Origin: Azolla caroliniana
Taxonomy: Eukaryota; Plantae; Polypodiophyta
DNA: 64,000 nt
Assembly: GCA_043228905.1 (NCBI GenBank)
Contig: JBHGNT010000013.1
Location: 6,324,001 to 6,388,000, forward strand
Direction: 5' to 3'
Part shown: in pieces, positions 1 to 12,144 of the stretch
Numbering within the stretch: position 1 is the first letter of the stretch
Layout of the letters: every line of letters starts with the position of its first letter
Notes under the pieces: generated by a model
The model's input: the letters and a program-made list of their open reading frames with translations, nothing else
Told to the model about the DNA's origin: nothing
Database searches by the model: none
Program-made: the position numbers and the translations under genes

Positions 1-237
1 AACTTGAGCGGGACCACCAGAGCCACGGACCAGGGAGGACGTTCACGAATTTGTCGAAAAGACGACGATGTGGATGTTACAGTTGAGGAAACCAATGCCA
101 CATTTAAAAAAAACAAAGATTTTTATGCAAAGAATGGAGATAGAGGAGGATGCCTCCGACCCCAACATTCCACTGTATTGGGTGACATTTGCAAGAAGGC
201 CAGTGCCCCGGCCTAGCCCTGTCCAACATGGTGTGAG

Positions 238-510
238 AAGAGAGAGAGAGAGGAGGGATTCTGATTATGTATGTATGTATGTATGTATGTATGTGGGTGG
301 GTGTGTGTGGATAGGTAGAAGAGTGGCTTTTGCTTCTGTGTGTTGTTGATTCCCTCTTGGAAGTGAAGGGAAGGGGAAGGGGAAGGAAAGCGTCTCTCTG
401 TTTCTCTCTGTGTGTGCACAACACAACACAACACAAGACTTCTTCCATCCACAACACAACACAAGACAAGACAAGACAAGAAAAGAAGAAGAAGAAGAAG
501 AAGAAGGAAG
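238..510 (+). repeat. Microsatellite cluster upstream of / in the 5' UTR of the HP30-like gene: (GA)n, (GTAT)n, (CAACA)n, (CAAGA)n, (GAA)n
   Basis: Directly visible short tandem repeats; the (GAA)n run ends immediately before ATG 512. Confidence 0.9.
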
Positions 511-511
511 A

Positions 512-3500
512 ATGACAGGGTCTGCAGCAGTAGAAGACGCAGCAGGAGCTGCTTCTTCATCTTTATCTTCATCTTCATCTTCATCTTTATCTTTATCTTC
601 TTCTTCTCCTGCTCTTCAGCAGCAGCAGCCTCCTCCTTCTCTACAGCAGCGTTTCCAAGAGTTGCAAGTGAGCGTGAAGAGTGCTCTCCAAGGAGACGCT
701 CTCAACGCATGGCTGCGCCAACAGCCGGCGGCGGTGGAGGTGGGCGTGAGCATGGCTGTGAGCGCGGTCCAAGGTGCGGCCCTCGGGGGACTCATGGGTG
801 TGCTCGGTGGAGACCTCCGCAACTCCATGCCCACTCCCCCGTCTGCCGCCGCTGGATTGACCCCCGACGCCCTTTCCTCCCTTCAGCAAGCCCAGGTGTG
901 CGTGCGTGCGTGCTTGCATTTCCCTCCCCCCACAAGTCTTGACCTCTTTTTGTTTCTGTTTCTCGAATGGTAGGAATCCAAAATCTGAAAAAACCAGAGA
1001 ATTAGCACTCATTGTCAAATATCCATCAATGTGGATTGACATATATGTATTTGTAATGCAGTCATTTTGATCATCACGTAACAATGTTGAATATTAATAT
1101 AAATATTATAGACATAAAATACTAGTATGAAGCTAAGGAAACATCATAACTTAGTTTGTATCTGATGAATTGAATTGCTAAGGAAGGTTTTCAATAACCT
1201 GTGTTACTAGTTTCTTCTCTAATGCTTTTCTGTATATTGCATAAAGAAACAAATTCTAGGGATTGAAATTAAGGTTTAGATGGAAGTTTGTTAAGAGTAT
1301 GCTAATTTCTCGATATATAGCCATGAGTTCCAGACTCATGCATATACATAGGAATGTACTACTTTATACAGTATGCCTAATTACACAATACCTATCTTGA
1401 TCACAATGGAAAGATTAAAGTGTTTTTTTTTTTTTTTTTCCATCCACTCAATATAGGTTTATTGGAAGTGGAACATGGTAATATATGAACTTATGTGCAG
1501 ATTTAGGATGCTCAAACATTTAGTATATTTGCTCTTTCAATCTGTATCAATAAAAATTCCTTCTCTTATCCTTTTATGTGCATGCGATATAGTATTGATC
1601 TGGAAACTTCTATTACTTTTTTGCCTAGGCACTGACTGGAGGGCCATTGATTCAAGCAAGGAATTTCGCTGTAATGACAGGGGTGAATACTGGCATTTCG
1701 TGTGCTATGAAAAGGGCGAGAGGTGGTGTAGAGGATATCCAAACAAGGTGTGATTGTTAAGACATATGGGTTGCTATTTCATACTATATGTATTGGCTTT
1801 GTGGCCACAAATGAGAGGCAGTGCTATGCCCCATAGATTTCAAAGACCTGGTAGAAAATCATCCCTTCAGGATTTTGGACTGTCCCATTTGCCATCCTCA
1901 ATTATACATTGGCAGGCAATATATATCTATATAAAATCTTTTAAGTTACAGAACTACATCGTCATACAGTGAAAATATGTATTAAAATAGTAAGTTTCAG
2001 AATTCATCGAAAACAGGAATTTTAAATCCTTAGTGCTCATGGAATATCAAGTTTTTTAGAAGCTTAATAGTGTTAGTGGCAATAATCCCACTAAAGTTAT
2101 TACTAAAATATCAGGGGAGCAAACACCAAAATACTCCCAACTTTTTTGGGTATCCTCTAGAATATCCCTTCCTAATTTTATATGTACACCAATTTACCCC
2201 TATGTAGGGGCTAGTTTGGTGAAAGGGATATTTTTCTTTTTTTTCCCAAAAACAATAAAGGTGTAGGATACTGTTTGTATAAATTTTGTTTACAAAATGT
2301 CTAGGAACTAATAGTAAATTGTAGTGAGGGTGTAACTTCAATTATCCCGAAACTTGAATTTTTGGACAGCATGGCAGCAGCTTTCGGTTCGGGTGCTATC
2401 TTTACATTAGTTAGTGGAGTTGGGGGACAAAATCAGCTTTCAAATGCTGTCGTGACTGGTGTTTTCTTTGCAGCTGTCCAAGGTGGGCTGTTTAAGGTCA
2501 GTTTCGTATTCATTTCTTGTTAATAAAATGCATACACTCTCAATCTTACCTTAATAAAATGCATAGAGATTATGTAACTTACAGAATGCATACACACCGT
2601 CTTACCTTAATAAAATGCATAGAGATTATCTAACTTACTGAATGAAATACATACATGTTGTGTAACTTAATGAACTACATGCATATTGTGAAACTTAATA
2701 TATAAATTATATGCATTTCGCATTAACTTAATGAATAAAATGCATGCACATTTTGTTACCTAATGAAATAGTACACATTGTTCAACTTACTGACAGGAGT
2801 ACACACATTGTCTCAACTTCTTGAATGAAATACGTATACATTGTCTCACTTGATGAATGAAATGCATACAGATCATGTTAAGAACAATGTAATGTAATGT
2901 AACTAACAACTTGGAAAAATGTAACAGCTAGGTAAGCTTGCACAACCTCCTCCAGATGATGTCTATTATACAAATGCAAGGAGCATGTTGCAAGATCTTG
3001 GTCTTCAACGTTACGAGAAGAACTTCAAGAAAGGGCTGCTTACAGACAGCACATTACCCTTTCTGAATGACAGGTGTTTGCCCCAAATTCCATATTTTTT
3101 ATGATCAACAGCAAATTTACCCTAACGTTTTGTAGATTCACCCCAAGGATTCGCCTGGGTTTTCAAAGATTGGCAGAATATAGCTCTCTAGTAGCAGTGA
3201 GATATTCTAGTAAATATCCAGAAAGCAATGGGTATTGGGTGGTTTTTTTCCTTTTCTATGCTGGTTGTTGTCTTTAAAAATAACTAGAATATAGCCGTCT
3301 CTTGTAAAATATTAGATTGTCTCAGGTCAAAAGGGTATCCTGGTTAGTTGTGACCTGGCATCTTTCGTATTCAAGCAGCCTTTTTGCTGAACAGAGAAGG
3401 CGTTTATTCATGTTTTGGCTTCTTAAATCTTTGCTGCAGTGCATTGCAAGAGGTTAAAGTTCCGCCTGGACCAAGGCTCCTCATCCTGGATTTTGTTAAG

Positions 3501-3898
3501 AGGTGAGTTACTAGTAATGATTATAATTCATGAATCAGTCATCAGTGAAGTTGTAATGATTTTTAATATATCAATTGATCATTGTTAACATCCTAGTGAT
3601 TTTAATGTGGCGATCATCGATGTCATTGTCATGATTTTAATTTTTTGTTAATCGTATATTTGTAACAATTTTCGTTTGTCATTCATCAATAACATTGTAA
3701 TGATTAAATTTGTCATTCATTCATAACATTTGAGGAGAGGAAATGAAAATGCTACAAATTAATGCTTCAAAAAGTCCAAACTGATCAATATATAAGAGCT
3801 AATGTTATATATTCTGCAATTTTTATAAAGTTTGAATTTCTCTTTTAAACTATTGTTACTGGGTGGCATGCAGGAGGAATACACGAACCACCGAGTAA
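512..3898 (+). CDS. HP30: HP30/TRIC-like preprotein and amino-acid transporter (Tim17/22/23 domain + C-terminal SAM domain), 6 exons, 287 aa
   Basis: Exons 512-895, 1629-1747, 2370-2496, 2928-3073, 3440-3502 and 3874-3898, all GT..AG and phase-consistent (864 nt ending TAA). The spliced protein has WLRQQPAAVEV..QGAALGGLMG, GGPLIQARNFAVMTGVNTGISCAMKR, MAAAFGSG and the SAM-like MLQDLGLQRYEKNFKKGLLTDSTLPFLNDSALQEVKVPPGPRLLILD, matching plant HP30/HP30-2 (TRIC1/2). Confidence 0.93.
2520..2870. repeat. Degenerate ~30-bp AT-rich minisatellite (~12 units) filling intron 3 of the HP30-like gene
   Basis: Recurrent unit (t)aatgaaatgcatacac..ttgt..aactt; two near-exact copies of cttaccttaataaaatgcatagagattat. 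Confidence 0.75.
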
Positions 3899-4750
3899 CC
3901 TGAACTCTCTCAAGGCTTTGTTTTTATTGTTCTTTCGAGATCTTGACGCCAGATTATATCATTTTTATCAGAATAGTTTTTATTTTAGGAAAAATGAGGA
4001 TTTCGACAATGATAATACAACACACCAGGGAGAGCATTTTCAACTTCCATTTCACATTCCATTAACTCTTGGAAATGAAATAGGAGAAGAAGAATAACGT
4101 GTGGGTAGAATTCTGTAATTATGAATGCTTGTGTTGTGTATTGTAATGACAAGAGTTAAGAGTATTAGAACTTCAAAAAATGTAAGTGAACTGCAGAATG
4201 TAAAAGCTTATCTGACAGACATGTTAAACCAACAATACTACTGTGATCAATGGTAAGAGTACATTTATGTGTTTGTGGTAGTCTGTACTATATATTTTTG
4301 TTCTCAGAAACGGATGCCAAATAGAAGTGGGATTGATTAATTGGTGTATTTTTCATTCATCATATACCAGTAACAGACGATCACATGATCATTTTATGTT
4401 TGTATGCAATATAAAGAAAGGGATAACATGTAATCAGTTGTAGGGAAAAATAATAAATCAGTGAATTATGTGCAGGTAAGCCTGAATCACATGTCTCCAT
4501 TTTCTTCATTTTGTCAGTAATACATGAAATCAGAATGGATCAAATGCTTATCCAATCTGATTAGAACCTCTTCAGTTTGTTTATCTTGTCCTACAATTGA
4601 GCACTTCAAAAGGTATTTATCTTAATGAGTTTATCACCCTTCTCCCTTCTTCTGCCCATTGTGATGATGGGCAGCTGGTCCTTTGGATTATGTTAGACAT
4701 TTAATCACTCCCCCTTGTTCCGTAGAGGACCAGTATGCTGCATAGTAAAT

Positions 4751-4843
4751 TTATCGGGGTCTCTGGGCGTCCTTTGCAAAGCTCTTGCCAAGATGGTCAC
4801 ATTTCTCTCCTTGAAATCCACTCCGGCACTGGCTGGTTTGAGT
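4751..4843 (-). CDS. Putative terminal exon of the DUF688-like gene (TQTSQCRSGFQGEKCDHLGKSFAKDAQRPR*)
   Basis: GC-richer island in AT-rich DNA, preceded on the - strand by ...catgcag acceptor and open in phase 0 to TAA at 4751. It is compatible with the phase-0 GTAAGT donor at 8757. No homology support. Confidence 0.35.
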   Translation of the reverse strand, partial: TQTSQCRSGFQGEKCDHLGKSFAKDAQRPR

Positions 4844-7800
4844 CTGCATGTTATGCATGCCTAATTACTTTGTACGTGTATGTGTGCATGCATTTACAAG
4901 ATCGAGAATACACATACTCTGTAACCGAGGTACTGAGAGCACACAAATAATCAAATGGTCAAGGATAACTATAGCTTAATCAACCAAATATCTCGATTAA
5001 TTTACCTCATGATTAGAAAATTATGCATTGAATTCTCTGAAAGACATCTTGCCTTCCAAATTGGAATTGTAATTGATAAGATGATTAAATCTTGTAATCA
5101 GTGAAACCCATTTCTCATTGCATATTGACCTCAAAAACCTTGCATACTCTTCTTTTAGCTTATTATGAGGTAAATCTTAATTTTCATATGAACATGAGCC
5201 TAGCTTTGACCAAACATGGGCAAGTAGTATTTGAAAACGAGTATTAAGTCTACTTGATTATTTCCAACACATGTATGTGTATATAGTGGTGTTTTCTCAC
5301 ATAATTTGCAAAAACAATTGCTTTCTTTAAAGATTGCAATGGACCTTTTTCCATGTGATTTTAATAGACTCTAATTTGGTTTAGGTTTAGGTAGAGTATA
5401 GTTTTGTTGCTTCCCAATGGATGAAAATCCACAAATTTCTTGTGCCTTAACTGCATTTTGGATGTTTGATTGTGTAAAAGTGTTTTCTCTTTCATCAATT
5501 TATGGAAAATATTTCTCATAGAGCGATCTAAAAGACAATTGTTGAAATTTGTTGAATAGGGAAACCAAATATGAGTAGCTTCTTTGAAGCATAATTTGAA
5601 CTCGAGACTTGAATATATCTATAATAAGACTAACTCAAATGCAATTGCTATATGATGAGTGATGTAGATTTTGATGCAATCAGATGTTAGTTCATCCCAT
5701 GTAGCCTTGAGTAAATAAATTACTATCTCTCTTTACTCTTACATTCAACTTCAACTTACGTTTAGTTTGGCAAGCATGAAATAACTAGAGTCCACTCTAT
5801 TCCAATAAATCAAAAGTTATTATTATGATACCTTGAAACTTTATCGTCTTCACTAAAAAAGCAGTTGCGGCTCTTTATTAGCATTGCTTTTGAAAGGGCA
5901 ACATTAAAGTTTTTTTCATCTTGCATTGTGGTATATGTGGCAACATTAAAGTTGTCATATTTTTTAAGAGCATTGAGGTATGTGTGCATTATATCAACCT
6001 AAATTAAAGATCTTTCTATAAAATACTCCACGTTAAGCCGATTGCTTAGAATGGATTCAACCATCTTTACTTGCAAAGCAAAAGCTTTACCGATTAGCTT
6101 TATAAATTTCAAATTTACAATTTCCATAGGTAGGCATATTAATGAATACCTACTTATGGCAGAAATTTATAAAGCATATTGGTTAAGCTTTTGCTTTGCA
6201 AGTAAAGATGGTTATAATGTCTTATCCTCACCATGTAAAGTGATCCAAAACATAGGGGGATGGCCTTTGGCCTCTTTAGAAAACCACACGTTGATAGCTA
6301 AACTTTTCATTCTAGAATAAGTTTCTATATTAAGCTATGGAAATTGCATGGTTGGCATGAATCATGGAGAGTAAAAAAATTGTTGCTATTTGAAAGAAGA
6401 ATCCAATTAATATTTGAAAGAAGACAAAAAATCATAATACTATGGGACATGTTGCATTCCAACCCTTATTTCATGGTGGTTATTCGTTGGGACCAAAGGT
6501 TTTTGAATTTTGAAAATCCTATTATTCGCTTGACAAGTGATTCTAGACACTATATCAATGTGATATAGAAAGCATACCAATGTCACAGTACAGGATATGA
6601 ATGATAGGAGTTGCTATAGTTTCAAAGGAGCCTTCTTCACATACTAACGATGAAAGGTTTGACAAATTTATAGTTTATGAAATCTTAAATGCATAGAAAG
6701 TTAGGGCTAATCCCTCAATTAGTTGATGTTAGTTGGCAACTTATCTTTGTTGAATATTACTCATAATTACTTATTTTATTGTAGAATAAGGATAATTGTT
6801 TGAAAAAATTGTTCATAGGAATAGCAATAATTTTTCTAAATCCTCGAAATATAGCCATTCTAGGAATCCCAAGGATCAATATAAAATAATAGTGTAAGTT
6901 CAAAACATATGAAGGGTGGATATTATATAGCTTGTCACTAGGATCAAATTGATCTTATACTCTTTTATGATTATGCTACGTAAAGGAACTTTGTTTTCCT
7001 TGGAGAGTTATCTTCGGAGTTGTTATTCTTTGATGGAGATGAAGCGCGAGCTTGATTGTCGTTACCTACATTAACAATATTTCTAAATGTAAGAATACCA
7101 CATGAAAAATTTCTTCACACACCATCTTTATTATGACTAGTTGTTTCCATACCACCATGTTGATTCAATATCACTCTTTGAAGTCCATTTAACAAAGAGT
7201 TCTTGTAAAACAATCATAGAAGATCAAAATCATTAGGAAAATCTTATAATTTCACATTAACTATTTAAGTTCAAGATTCCAAAATCTACACATTGTGTGT
7301 TAAGGTCTATCCAAATTGCTCATTGAGATTCTCGTTGTTGAGATTCTATCAACTCAAGTAGATATTGTATGAGGGTATGTTCAGGCCATATAGTGACACC
7401 AATTCAAGTGATCAAGATATGTAGAATTGAATGTTTAGAAGCTACCATCTCAACTACTTCTAGGAGAAGTTTATTAAATGTTTGTGAATTGCAAAAACTA
7501 AAACAACCTATATATAGAATTACAACACACATAGTAAAAAAAGTATCGACACATGTTAAAACATTAGGAAAACCTAAAATGTCGAGCATATAAGGGCATA
7601 TATTTCTCGTTTCTTATTCATGTATATGGTTTATGTTTCGAAGTAAATTTAATCACGTTTCAATTCTCTTTCTTTGCTTTAGCTAGCCATGTTATTGTTT
7701 TCAACTTGTGCAAAATAAATTCTATAGCCATATTTTTAATGCGCATGACTGTAAACTAAAATAAGAGTATGTTATTTTTATTGGGATTGTAATCCTTGAA

Positions 7801-8616
7801 CGATAGTTCTCCCAAATTCTGCTCCATTTGGTTGCCATTCCTCATTTTTGTAATAGCATTCATTGCTTGAGGGTTGAATTCACAATGGAAGTGCATGATT
7901 TTCCATTGCACAATCATGTTTACATACTCAAATATAATGATTTTATGACGAAACATTATATCTAAATTAAAAAGAGGACCAGCTTAGAGGGATGTTTAAA
8001 GTTTTTTGTATGATGTGTACTAGTTATGCTTTCACTATGTGCTTTAGCATGTAATTTCCTTATTCATTATCATTTTATGCAAATCATGCTATATTTATCA
8101 ATAAATAACATAATGTCAAAATTAGCCCATAATAAATCACTCTAATGAAAAAGAAATATAAAAGTTCCTTGGTAGTTAGTATAGTGCTTAGATTATCATA
8201 CTTAAGAGCCGTTCAATCTTGAGTATAATACCTCACAAACCACTCAAAAGGGCACCTACTATGTTTATGTGCTCATGTAATGGACATGCATGCATGGTAT
8301 TCTGTTTTGAGAAGTAGTGTAGTATAGAAGTCACTAAGCAACTAAGACCTCAAATTCCATCATGCCACCTTCGCAAATGAGATATGTACCTACTACCAAG
8401 TTTGTAATCTTGTACATGAGAGGAATCACATTCTCCCATGAAACAATGTTACAAGTGGAATCCAAATACCTATAACATTATCTAGTAGTCTTCCTTGGTC
8501 AAATATACATAGCTATTCCATCATGCCACCTTCACTACACTTTAGTAAAGCTCATCATATGTGTGTATGGCATGTCATGATCACATAACTACACTACCCT
8601 AGTCATAAAAAATGTA

Positions 8617-10485
8617 TTACTCACACTTATGCAGGAGAGTGTGTATGAGGACCCCTAGGTTACTAGTGTACCACATGATTCCGAGGTATGACACCCTTAC
8701 GTTGCTAATGTCCCCTAGACATAAAAAAGGAGAATATGTAAGTAAAACAAGACTTACAAAAATATGTATGTTATCCTTGATTTTGTGTTTCTTATTCCAA
8801 GAAGGCATCACCATATCCTTGACCTTGTGTTGCGTGTTGTTACGTGCCAACACCACATCTCTTGTAGCACTAGGAACTTTTGGGTCTCCATTTTTCAACT
8901 TCGTCTTGGTATTCTTTGACTTAGTCTTGACATTCTCCAATTCAGGTTCATCTCCTAAGCAATAGTATGGGCTCTTGGCCACAATTGATTGATCTAGATC
9001 TCTTTCTGGGTCTACATGCCAACAAGGTGCACATATATGCTTAACACTTCCAAATCCAATTGAAGATTCACTTCTATTTTCATGCTTAATGTGCTCATCT
9101 TGGATTGGACTCGCACTTGACAAACTTGTCTCATTTTCACATTTGTGCTCACTCAGTTCGGATGTAAAACTGAAAGGAGTTTCATGTTCACATGATTTGG
9201 GCACTAGAGAACTACTAGGAGTGTCATTTTGACATGATATCGCATGTTCATGATAGTTGACAACATGACATACATTTGGAGAAGTTAGATTGGCATTTTC
9301 AAACGAGTGCTCACCTGAGTGATCAATAGGATACACACTCGAGGCCGAGATGACTGTTGGTGCATTAATGGCAAGTCGAGAAGTCAATGTAGCGGGGGGT
9401 GTGGGTAGAGTAGTGCTCAAAGATTCATGTATAACTCTTTCACCCTTATGTTGGTTGTAAAGGTAGGTCGCCAACGTGGGTGACCACATTTCAGCTTGGC
9501 CCCCAGAATTATAAGAATGCTTTGTTCTCCTTGACCTAACTAACAAGGTGGCCATGCTCTTCTTCCATTTAATGAGGCCAATTAATACTATTCTCATCCT
9601 TGCTTTAGAATTCAATAGGCTTTGGCTCCCACTTTTGCTCACTAAATGAGTTCTTTTGCTGTTATTACTCTTTACATCAACACTCATGTTTGGGCTAAAC
9701 CCTAAAATCCAAGGGGAGGGCGGGGCATCCAAGAGAGACAAGATCCGATCATCATATTGCACACACTCTTCTTCTCCTTCTCCTTCTCCTTCTTCTTCAA
9801 TGCACTCTCCATGGACATCCATTAAAGCACCATCTAGCACATTGCTTTTTTGGGAAACCTTTGATTTATGTAAGAGTTTCCCAAAAGAGGAACCTTCCAC
9901 AAGTGTATGGTTGTCTTTACTATTATAAGTGCCATCACCATCATCATCATTCATGCATTCATGATGATTAAACCTTGCTGCTCTAATTCTTCTTCTAACT
10001 GGGGTATACCTAAGATGGTGAGTTTGATGATGATTATTAAACTCAAGCATGGGTGGCAACCTAAGGGACATGTGACGCTTAGTATTCTTCATGTCTACCA
10101 TATTAGATTCCTTACACAACATGGGCTCTCTAGGATCAATACTGCTAGAATCATCATCATCATCATCATTATTGCTATGAATGGAAGGATGAGCAAAATA
10201 ATGATGATGATGATGGTGGTGAGGAGTAGGTCTGGGCTTCCCTGGGGTTTCTTCCCAATTGAATGGCACACTGCTGGAAGCCATATTATAGCTACTACTC
10301 ACAATATCATCATCATCATATCTATAAATGCCTTCCCTAGCATCCGGATGTGAGGTTAATACTAATGGGTCGGGGGAATTATTATATATTCCCCGCAAGA
10401 TTCTTCCATGAGTATGAATACTCTTCCCCCATGGTGCAGATGCCTGCAGGGTATATACTGTATCCTCATGAACATAAGATCCCAT
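8617..10485 (-). CDS. Plant DUF688-like low-complexity protein (SVPFNWEETPGKPRP motif); ~622 aa unspliced, or a 576-codon first exon ending at 8758
   Basis: Long uninterrupted ORF in AT-rich DNA; first ATG at 10485 (the ORF track starts at upstream GTG 10518). The VPF-WE-xPGxP motif is typical of DUF688-type proteins. His/Asp/Glu tracts and an LRLPP motif are present. A GTAAGT donor at 8757 precedes an intron-like tail. Confidence 0.75.
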   Translation of the reverse strand: MGSYVHEDTVYTLQASAPWGKSIHTHGRILRGIYNNSPDPLVLTSHPDAREGIYRYDDDDIVSSSYNMASSSVPFNWEETPGKPRPTPHHHHHHHYFAHPSIHSNNDDDDDDSSSIDPREPMLCKESNMVDMKNTKRHMSLRLPPMLEFNNHHQTHHLRYTPVRRRIRAARFNHHECMNDDDGDGTYNSKDNHTLVEGSSFGKLLHKSKVSQKSNVLDGALMDVHGECIEEEGEGEGEEECVQYDDRILSLLDAPPSPWILGFSPNMSVDVKSNNSKRTHLVSKSGSQSLLNSKARMRIVLIGLIKWKKSMATLLVRSRRTKHSYNSGGQAEMWSPTLATYLYNQHKGERVIHESLSTTLPTPPATLTSRLAINAPTVISASSVYPIDHSGEHSFENANLTSPNVCHVVNYHEHAISCQNDTPSSSLVPKSCEHETPFSFTSELSEHKCENETSLSSASPIQDEHIKHENRSESSIGFGSVKHICAPCWHVDPERDLDQSIVAKSPYYCLGDEPELENVKTKSKNTKTKLKNGDPKVPSATRDVVLARNNTQHKVKDMVMPSWNKKHKIKDNIHIFVSLVLLTYSPFLCLGDISNVRVSYLGIMWYTSNLGVLIHTLLHKCE

Positions 10486-10848
10486 TGAGCCTACTTGTTG
10501 TACATTAGAAGTAGTCACGGATGATTGATTGAGAAACGATTAAATAAGGAGAGAGACAGAGAGTGTGCATGTGTGGGGATATGCAATTATTCTACTGAAG
10601 AGGAGCTGAACTCAGTCATGTTATGTTGTGATGATGGAAATCATTCATTATATGGATGGATTGGATTGGATTGGATTGGATAGCAGGGTGTGCAATAAAT
10701 TAGGAGAGGGGTAAATTAAGAGTAGATTAGAGAGATGATTGAGATGGTTAACTGAAATAAATTGTGATGTAGTGAACTATACTGCAACCAAATCCCCTGT
10801 TTTTTTTCTTGTTGAAAAATGTCCTGCTTTCTTTGCTTGCCTTTTTGT

Positions 10849-10875
10849 GGGGGGTGGGGTGGGGTGGGGTGGGGT
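10849..10875 (+). repeat. (GGGGT)n tract, potential G-quadruplex, upstream of the DUF688-like gene
   Basis: Five consecutive G runs of at least 4 nt separated by single T; (GGATT)n and (CT)n tracts lie nearby. Confidence 0.7.
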
Positions 10876-11399
10876 GTGTATTTGTAATGAGAACATAAAA
10901 TGATAAGAGTAAAGAAGAGAAGAGGGAGAGCTCAAAGACCACATCTTAAAGGGGGCCCCAATCTCTCTCTCTCTCTCTCTCTCTTTGTAAATCTATGTTT
11001 CATATAAAAACAATATGAGAATACAACCCTTCCTGTCTTCGTTACTTCATTCGTAGTGATACGACAAGGGAAACCATCTCAATAGTATAGTAATACTAGA
11101 ACTTAGAAGATGACATAACTCTACCTCCTCTCGGGACAATGTCCCTGTATATATGTAACATAGTTGCGAAAATTGCCAAATCAACTTCCCTTCATCCTAA
11201 AGAGTTGTTGCCCTACCCCATGAAGTCCATCAAACAAGAATCCATTTTTCATGGTTCAATTAAACCAAATCCCCAACATCTAAGGTAGTCAAACACGACC
11301 TTATTCGATGGTGCGAGCATACATTTTTCTTGTTATGTATGCCCAAAATATTCTACTAGCACTACATCTTGGGTTCGAAACCCAATGTTTTCACCTCTT

Positions 11400-11575
11400 T
11401 ATTACTTCATAGATTCAATCACTTATTTGACTAAATGCCACTATGGAATGCAGGGGTTGAACCTCGCTATTACTTCATAGATATCACTTATTTGACTAGA
11501 TGCCATTGTGGAATATGGAGTTAAACCCATGATCACCTAGTGTCCATTGGGCAACCTTACCAAACTGAGCTACAT
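11400..11575 (-). mobile_element. tRNA-derived SINE-like fragment with Pol III A/B boxes and an internal ~65-bp tandem duplication
   Basis: The - strand reads GTAGCTCAGTTTGGTAAGG (A box, 11560-11572) ... GGTTTAACTCC (B box, 11517-11527). A second B-box copy GGTTCAACCCC lies at 11453-11463 within the duplicated block 11400-11463/11468-11527. Confidence 0.55.
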
Positions 11576-11606
11576 CCATCTGGGCTCTCTCTCTCTCTCT
11601 CTCTCT

Positions 11607-12109
11607 TTGGTAAAAGCACACAATTATATTATTTGTATGTAAAATCCACTTAGTTACAACACTTCTTAGTCTCCTCTATCTATCATATGCCTATGTAGGG
11701 AGAGGGACGTTCTGTAATGCTACTAAAAAACCTGAATATGCATTTGAGGAAATAATCCCCACATGCTCTAACATCCAAAACTTCCACATGAGAATACCTT
11801 TAAGCTTCTTTATATAAGATTTCACCCCATGTCTATTATCAAACATGAAAGCATTACGCATATTCCAATTGTGTTGTAGACCCCAATAACGTAAAAATTG
11901 GAACAATATCTCCATCTCATCATTTGATCCATTTAGAACATATTGAGAAAAAAACCATTGTTGAGATCTCAAACGACAACGGGTTAAAACTTGCCAAATG
12001 TCCGATAAGTACTTCCAAATGGTACACACTATACGACATTTAATGAACCTATGTGTACTATCCTCCAATGGAACGGTGCAAAAGAAACAAGTGCCAAACC
12101 CTAGTCCTC

Positions 12110-12110
<1 letters not shown>
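11607..12110 (-). mobile_element. 5'-truncated L1-type LINE fragment (ORF2 C-terminal zf-RVT region + 3' UTR)
   Basis: The frame of ORF 11691-12068 extends upstream to GTCFFCTVPLEDSTHRFIKCRIVCTIW...WNMRNAFMF, the CxxC..E..H.F..C..W / WxxRN signature of plant L1 ORF2 ends. It is flanked on both sides by (CT)n. Confidence 0.7.

Positions 12111-12144
<34 letters not shown>

Noticed and set aside
4-942. Short overlapping ORFs (68-349, 104-469, 213-584, 412-942 and others)
   Set aside because: Produced by microsatellites or alternate frames of HP30 exon 1; 1-216 looks coding-like but cannot be assigned.
5000-8550. Short ORFs in the AT-rich interval
   Set aside because: No motifs or consistent splice pattern; treated as intronic or intergenic.
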